From NCBI GenBank assembly GCA_964412505.1, contig CAYPOM010000007.1, positions 7,376 to 71,375 of the forward strand: a stretch of DNA of 64,000 nucleotides, in the 5' to 3' direction. This DNA comes from an uncultured Alphaproteobacteria bacterium. Lineage in GTDB: Bacteria > Pseudomonadota > Alphaproteobacteria > UBA3830 > CAYLKK01. A program made the translations under genes and the position numbers. The stretch's first letter is position 1, and each line of letters opens with the position of its first letter. Under the pieces are notes generated by a model. The model was not told the DNA's origin. It made no database searches and saw only the letters and a program-made list of their open reading frames with translations. Below are positions 61,152-64,000 of the stretch, in pieces.

Positions 61152-62207
61152 TTAGCAGAACTCTTCAGCAACATCAAAAGTTGTCTTATGCCCTATGTGT
61201 TTATAGTTCTCAGCTATCCACTTATCAGCTGTTTTTCTACCTTCTGTGAATAAATATTCGAAGAACTTGGCATCTGTGTTCAATTTAGACGACCAACCTA
61301 AATCTTGGAATGTCCCTTCGTTTTCGATTAAGTGCATATGTAAGCGTTTTACCTTTTTAGGATCAAGCAATCCGCTGTCTATCAATTTTGTAATATAAGC
61401 TAGAGATCTCATCTCTCTCATAATAGAAGTATTGTTCGTGATTTCGTTCAACCTATCTCCGATTTCTGATGGAGTTATCGGCAATCTATTCCTATGTGTA
61501 GGATTCAACTTCAAAATCATCATGTCGCTTGTCTTGCAGTTGTAAATTAATGGATAAATTAATGGGTTACTAATAAATCCACCGTCCCAATAATATTCGT
61601 TATCAACCATAACAGCTTGATAAATTGTAGGAAGGCATGCTGATGCTAACAACGCTTCTGGCTTTAAATCTTTATTTGTAAAGACCTTGATTTTACCAGT
61701 ATAAACGTGAGTTGCAGATATAAAAATCTGAACATCTTTAAATTTATTTAATTCATCAAATTTAAACAGTTTCTCTACCATATCCTTTAATGGGTTTGTA
61801 CCTAATGGATTAAACTGATATGGAGACAAAAACTTTGTCATAAGATCGAACCCGACAAAGCCTGGAGAATTATGCAATGTCCACTTATGCATTAATATGT
61901 CCAATAGACCAGGTTTAAAGATACTATTTTTACCGGCTTCTGCCATAGATTCCCAGAATGTCCTTAATAATCTGCGTGCACCTTCATTTCCGCCTTCCAT
62001 AATACCTTGAGCTACGCAAACAGCATTCATACCTCCAGCGCTAGTCCCAGACACACCTTCGATAATTAGGTCTTTTTCTTCTAACAACCTATCTAAAACA
62101 CCCCATGTAAATGCTCCGTGAGCACCGCCACCTTGCATTGCAATAGCAATTCTCTTTTTCCCATCATTTATCTTTTCTGTAGGTTCATTGATAACCATAT
62201 CTTTCAT
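61152..62207 (-). CDS. patatin-like phospholipase
   Basis: GGGAHG, GTSAG nucleophile elbow, ASACLP, DGG; AAGGAG SD before ATG 62207. Confidence 0.94.
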   Translation of the reverse strand: MKDMVINEPTEKINDGKKRIAIAMQGGGAHGAFTWGVLDRLLEEKDLIIEGVSGTSAGGMNAVCVAQGIMEGGNEGARRLLRTFWESMAEAGKNSIFKPGLLDILMHKWTLHNSPGFVGFDLMTKFLSPYQFNPLGTNPLKDMVEKLFKFDELNKFKDVQIFISATHVYTGKIKVFTNKDLKPEALLASACLPTIYQAVMVDNEYYWDGGFISNPLIYPLIYNCKTSDMMILKLNPTHRNRLPITPSEIGDRLNEITNNTSIMREMRSLAYITKLIDSGLLDPKKVKRLHMHLIENEGTFQDLGWSSKLNTDAKFFEYLFTEGRKTADKWIAENYKHIGHKTTFDVAEEFC

Positions 62208-62257
62208 TGCGTACACTCCTTAATAATAAATCTTATTAGATAAAACTAACAATTGCC

Positions 62258-62289
62258 ATTTTATTACAATAAAATTAAGAAACAATTAA
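62258..62289 (-). promoter_or_regulatory. CtrA-type box plus -10 upstream of patatin
   Basis: TTAA-N7-TTAA at 62275-62289; minus-strand TAAAAT at 62263-62258. Confidence 0.4.
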
Positions 62290-62391
62290 ACCTTAATATA
62301 CGTTGCTTGATATGTTTTGCGTTTTTTCAGAGGTAGATTTTAAATTTGTCTTTTTTACACAACAACCATAAAAATGATAATTTTTTATAAA

Positions 62392-62425
62392 AATAAAGCC
62401 ATCTTCACAAATTACGAAGATGGCT
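62392..62425 (-). terminator. intrinsic terminator after LRR gene
   Basis: Minus strand AGCCATCTTC-9 nt-GAAGATGGCT-TTATTT. Confidence 0.75.
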
Positions 62426-62440
62426 CATTAATAACTTACC

Positions 62441-64000
62441 CTACTTTTGCTCAGGTAATTTCAGCTCTTTAAGTTTTAACACTGCTTGTTCTACTTGCTG
62501 TGAAGGATTGTCACTCGAAACAAATGTTACTGGATCACTATTTGGATTATCTACATCATAAATTGCGGTTAAATTAGAACACCAAGAAAAATTATATTTA
62601 GATGATAATCCTAGCATATCTAATGGAATATTTAATTCTTTTAACTCGCTACAATAGGTAACTATCATATTGGTTTTGCGTCTACCCACAAATACCGTTT
62701 TAATAGCGCTTGGAAAAGTTAGACTAGATACATTTCTTAAATAGGTAATCGGTGAATTAATCGATGTCACTATTGTGGAAATTTCTAGGCCGATTAAGCT
62801 ATCGCAGCTATATCCATTAACCAGTATATAACCAGTTAGCTCTGGATATTTTCCTGAAAATTCAGCCATATTTTGAGGTTCAGCAAAATCAAGATATCCG
62901 AAAGATTTTAATTTTAATTGAGTTATGCATCGAATCGTATCTTTAATATTTCTTTGCTGATAATTCACATTATTATGCAACATAGCAGGACCTAACATCA
63001 TTCTTGTAACACAGTCAAAAGGCACTTCGTAATTTTTCCTCTTACCCCGTTGTTTCTCCCTCACAACAAATTCGAGAAAGACATCTTCAATAGACCTATC
63101 TGCTAAAATTTCCCCGAAAATATGATAGCCTAGTTTGGTAACAGTTGTTGGTATCTCTAGCGTTGTTAAATAATTACACATGCTGAAGCAACTAGATCCA
63201 ATTTCTTTAAGCGTAGACGGAAGAGTTATTGATTGAAGTATATTGTATTCATTAAAACATCCATTAGCTAGACGAGTAACTCCATTTGGAACGTTGATAT
63301 GTAAAAACGCTAACCAAGCAAAAGGAATAGATCTCATTGTATCACATCGGAAATCGAAAATTACTGTTTTCGCAAAAAACAGCTCGTTATGTCGCATTGC
63401 TTCGTCAATATTTATAGCATCGTCCGACTCCCATCCACACAAATTTTTACAATTATTTGCGATTATTTTAGGTATTTTTAAACTACACCTGGGACCCAAA
63501 CGCCCCAAGAGAAAAGGACTACTGAATAGTATTTCATTCTCATCCAAGTCTTCGGAGTCGAACCTTGTATTAAAAACGTCATCAGAACAAAAAATTTTAT
63601 CTAAGATTCTATAACAAGCACTATGAAGAGTCACCTCATCTAATGAAGAACAACCACCAAAACAGCAATCTTCAAGTCCAGTAATTCTTACGTTATACTC
63701 TTTTTCAAACTTAACTAGATCTATACTTTTAATATTGTGTTTTTTATATGATCCATTATTGTTAGCTAATGTAATAATTCCTTTTTTAACTAACTCTTGA
63801 CCACTTATTGTTAATAAAGCATAGAGACAATCTCTATCAAACCTTACTTTCTTGAATCCAATGTTTTGTTTTGTGTCTCTTATCTCAAGAGCTTCTGATA
63901 GTAAAACATCTCTCCAATCAACATATTGAGATATTATTCCACCTTCTAAATATTTGTCATATTTATTATAAATATGAAGGGTTTGCACATTAGGGAAAAA
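62441..64000 (-). CDS. BspA-type (LRR_5) leucine-rich repeat protein, 5'-truncated by the window edge
   Basis: ITGLEDCCFGGCSSLDEVTL; VPNGVTRLANGCF..LQSITLPSTLKEIGSSCFSMCNYLTTLEIPTTVTKLG; frame open to base 64000 (FFPNVQTLHIY). Confidence 0.88.
   Translation of the reverse strand, partial: FFPNVQTLHIYNKYDKYLEGGIISQYVDWRDVLLSEALEIRDTKQNIGFKKVRFDRDCLYALLTISGQELVKKGIITLANNNGSYKKHNIKSIDLVKFEKEYNVRITGLEDCCFGGCSSLDEVTLHSACYRILDKIFCSDDVFNTRFDSEDLDENEILFSSPFLLGRLGPRCSLKIPKIIANNCKNLCGWESDDAINIDEAMRHNELFFAKTVIFDFRCDTMRSIPFAWLAFLHINVPNGVTRLANGCFNEYNILQSITLPSTLKEIGSSCFSMCNYLTTLEIPTTVTKLGYHIFGEILADRSIEDVFLEFVVREKQRGKRKNYEVPFDCVTRMMLGPAMLHNNVNYQQRNIKDTIRCITQLKLKSFGYLDFAEPQNMAEFSGKYPELTGYILVNGYSCDSLIGLEISTIVTSINSPITYLRNVSSLTFPSAIKTVFVGRRKTNMIVTYCSELKELNIPLDMLGLSSKYNFSWCSNLTAIYDVDNPNSDPVTFVSSDNPSQQVEQAVLKLKELKLPEQK

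Noticed and set aside
7888-63614. Numerous 60-170 aa ORFs antisense to or nested in large genes (e.g. 34064..34420, 39137..39586, 41381..41833, 48296..48817, 53057..53446)
   Set aside because: They overlap well-supported genes, show no motifs or SD signals, and have the composition expected of shadow ORFs

Overview
AT-rich chromosomal segment of an alphaproteobacterium. The evidence is a class I lysyl-tRNA synthetase, the alpha-type rpsB leader, and alpha-like RpoD, GyrA, Ffh and PotG sequences. The shuffled, compact gene order, divergent proteins and many secreted orphans suggest a host-associated Holosporales/Rickettsiales-like organism (inference). The backbone is housekeeping: accA-dut-rlpA-glmM, bamD-murG-murC-murB-trxB-potA, ssb-gyrA-dnaG-rpoD, fabD-lysS-ffh, rpsB-tsf-pyrH-frr-uppS-cdsA-rseP-bamA-skp-lpxD, yidC, tRNA-Gly and tRNA-Glu. 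Stand-alone genes that look host-directed sit between these blocks. (1) A 2084-aa TadG-like pseudopilin whose vWA fold is split by a ~1400-aa insert. The insert holds two cassettes with conserved borders and unrelated cores, and the gene lies behind a CtrA-type promoter; this is the best candidate for an undescribed modular pilus-adhesin system. (2) A ~2750-aa secreted HEXXH protein with M91/NleD-like motifs and four 48-aa repeats. (3) A secreted permuted NlpC/P60 enzyme. (4) A secreted protein with 23 in-register 10-aa repeats. (5) A degenerate ABC pair. (6) A patatin. (7) An edge-truncated BspA-type LRR protein resembling the Entamoeba family. I saw no CRISPR array, rRNA, transposase or prophage. 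All assignments come from motif recognition by eye; no searches were run.
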